A stretch of DNA of 64,000 bases from Raillietiella orientalis (Eukaryota). Shown here piece after piece: positions 61,131-64,000 of the stretch; the stretch's first letter is position 1, and each line of letters opens with the position of its first letter. Position numbers and translations under genes: made by a program. The notes beneath the pieces were generated by a model. The model was not told where the DNA came from and did not search any database. It saw only the letters and a list, made by a program, of their open reading frames with translations. The DNA is taken from the NCBI GenBank assembly GCA_036172245.1, contig JAYWIR010000036.1, forward strand, positions 1,302,001 through 1,366,000. The letters are read 5' to 3'.

Positions 61131-64000
61131 AGTTTCGTTCCGATTTCCACGTGTGAATGCACACTGGAGTTGAGGTGAGTGTCAGAAGATTCTGGTTGTG
61201 TGATACCAGTTTTTTCCTCCCCATGTGGAAAGACCTCGTTAAAAAAAAAAAAATTTCGACTACTCAGCTGCCTCACTTCATTTTTTTCGTTTTTTTTTTC
61301 TTAGAAAAAATCTCGCGCCATCTCGTGGCAGTGAAAAATTCCTTTGGATTGCCGGCTGATTTGAGCCATCGATTCTCGTCTTCCTTTAGGGGTTTCCCTC
61401 GTATGCAGTCGATCTCTTGCCGTGTAAGGAAAATAAATAAATTCAAGGAAAAAAACAGAATTTTCTATCGTTGTCTCCAGGCCGCCGCGGGCCAGCAGGC
61501 ACCCGCGAGTCTAATCGATCGGTTGAAATTCAGTAGCAGACCTGAATTAAGGATTCAAGCTCCTTGATCTGGATGGCTTAGCGGCCTAAAGCCTCCCGAC
61601 ACGAACCGTGGAACCGACTGAGGACACGCCCGCATGACGTCGTCGTTCTCCAACCACTTGTTGCATCGATAACGTTTCTTTCCGGCTTGCATCGCCCAAG
61701 AAAATGCCCCGGATTACAAAAGGCTTTTCCTAGTTTGACTGATGACCACCGATGCGTACGTTGCAAGAAACCAGAATGCCGATCGGGTCAGTAAGCACAA
61801 ATCGAATCCACGCACGCACGCTATGAAAAATTAGATGGTGAAATGCAAACCGGGAACAGCCGCTCTCCACCGGCTCCTCTACTGGGATGCACACACGAAA
61901 AATCACCACAGTTTACCTTCTGCCATCTTTTCGACGATGGTGCTCCAGGATTTCCGCAAACCTGGCACAAGCATCAAGAGGGGCAGCAGCATCCCTGAGG
62001 GCCGAAGCTTGCGCCCATCGAAAGCAACTCCTGCCGCTGAAAGCGTGAGCGTGAGCGGTCGCCCCAGACGTTCCCCAAGTCGTGAGTCGCATACAGGCGC
62101 GACCTGGGAGAGTTTCGGGGTTGGAATGCTTACCAGATAATCCTATGGCCCTAAAACTTGACAGTTTTCACGCAGCAACTGAGAAAGACGACAGATCCGC
62201 TCTGGTGCTCAGCTACCGCATAAAGCTGTGCGCAATTTTTTGCCGGAGGATGAAAAATGGGACTCTAATCGTCCTGACGTACGATTCCAAACGATCGACA
62301 TCCCCGGTAGCTCTAACAAAAGACATTTGCATTCTTCGCCGCTTCATTCTCCTCGCTCGTTTTCCATCCCATGCGTTCATTTCGCTGCATTTGGCTTACT
62401 TTCGCCCTCATCAACTCGTGTATTCGCAAAAGGACGTACCATAGAGATCCTTTCACGTGGGAGAACGCACGAAAGTGCAACCATCCGCCTTTAATCCGAT
62501 TAGAGTCTGAGGATGTGCTCTTAGTGTTTTGTGGGATCAAGGACTCCAGGCTAGAACCGGAACCTACAGCTGTACAACCGTCAGCTTCCTCGCTTTGCGA
62601 GGGAAATTGCTTTTCGAGATCTGCATCTTCAAGTCGAATCCAGAAACGCTGGAGGTCAGTCGCGGTTGTTGCTTTATTTGTAAACACCGTTTGACTTGGA
62701 TCCGGCATGGAGCACACACAAGTTTCTGAATTTCTGCACAAGTTTTTTTCTTCCTTCTTCTTCTTCCATAGGTTCCTCATATTTGCAACAACAAAAGCAC
62801 TGGTCGGGAACTGCGTCATAGAAAGGCGACTGCAAGGATAACATTCCAATACAACAGTGACGTTGAGCGGACACTCGATGACCCTAAGGTTCCTGCACAG
62901 GCCAACAAGGCACACAAGTACTTATTCAAGCAAGTGCACTTCACTACAAGGATCAGTGGAACGCAATTACATGTTAGTAAGATAATAATACATACACTAA
63001 CTAAAGGAAAAACCACTTCTTTTTCTTTATGTATATAATTCCAATACAAGTATCATGTATTCTCCATTATTATAAATATAAAACATTTTCGTTATATGAA
63101 ATCTAAATTAATAACTTATAAAAAATTGCAGTTGAATTTTTTACTATTTCCTCCGTAACAAGGTGAAAACGCAACAACTCTTCTTACATGTGGATGCATT
63201 ACGACCGCCGTCGTGGAGAGCGAATAGTTCCTCAAACCCTAAATTTTTCCTTTTCTTAATAATTCTCAAATTCTTCAACTTTCAATCACTGTGTCACAAC
63301 TGGAAAACTTCTTCAAATGAAATGAGGAAATAATGGGTGAAACCCCTCAGTTACCAGGTTTTTTCTCTGACCCTAAGGTCAAGCAAGATACATTACAACG
63401 GGGGCTTTCAAGATAAATAAAGTCTGTGATAGTCATTCGCACCAAAGGCAGCATTACACTTGGGACACTTTCTTTGTCTTGTTTCGTACCTCGTGCGAAG
63501 ACAGTCGAAGCAAAAGACATGGAAACACTTAATGAGCACTGCATCTTTCCGTTTCACCTACGAAGAGAAAACATCAGGTGAAACACAGGAATGTGAACAT
63601 TATCCCGTAGTCGTAGCGATTTACTTCGGTTCGGATGCGAAACGCGTGGTTCGGAGTGAACGCCTTGTGCTTTCTCTGTCGAGATTCACACAAAGTCGGT
63701 TGAAAAGCGTCTTAAATGAACGTGAAACACTCTGTGCACCTGAAGGTTTCCGCAGGCTGCCAAGCACCTGTGGCATGGGTCAGCGGGTCAATGGTATCAG
63801 ACGGTAAGACGAAACAAACTCCAACTGCGCATAAACCGTAGCCAACAAACAAACAAACTCCTCAAATCACCATCAGTAATGGTAAGCTCATGGGTGTCGA
63901 AATTCTTTTTATTTCGTTCCATGATGGATACAAAGCTGCACATCTGGGGCAGCGCAATCAATCCGAAAACATCATGAGACTGCTGGAAGCGGTAAAGGAC

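Noticed and set aside
62313..63049. Cys-rich/hydrophobic minus-strand ORFs as a small secreted or membrane protein
   Set aside because: No recognisable family motif or convincing exon structure.

Overview
Eukaryotic, probably arthropod or other invertebrate, genomic DNA; no prokaryotic operons, rRNA or CRISPR were seen. The window starts with the last exons of a class B (secretin-family) GPCR of the CRF/DH44 diuretic-hormone-receptor type (182-596). About 8 kb of intergenic DNA follows. Most of ~9.7-52 kb and 57.7-61 kb is a graveyard of GC-rich, heavily decayed non-LTR retrotransposons, mainly L1/Tx1-like (gag zinc knuckle, APE endonuclease, RT), in alternating orientations; only the 57.7-61.1 kb copy is easily readable. 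Embedded in it are: (i) six copies or fragments of a long tRNA-headed SINE-like family carrying an internal ~42-bp minisatellite and two alternative heads; (ii) two related foldback-like elements with long degenerate inverted repeats enclosing extremely AT-rich DNA (~24.2-25.4 kb and ~47.9-49.5 kb); (iii) a near-perfect 1.17-kb inverted duplication (39873-41040 / 42696-43862); (iv) an intron-retaining, disabled BMP1/tolloid astacin-domain fragment (53.5-54.4 kb). Most ORFs in the supplied track are chance ORFs in GC-rich decayed repeats. Boundaries of decayed elements are approximate (read by eye), and novelty could not be checked against any database.
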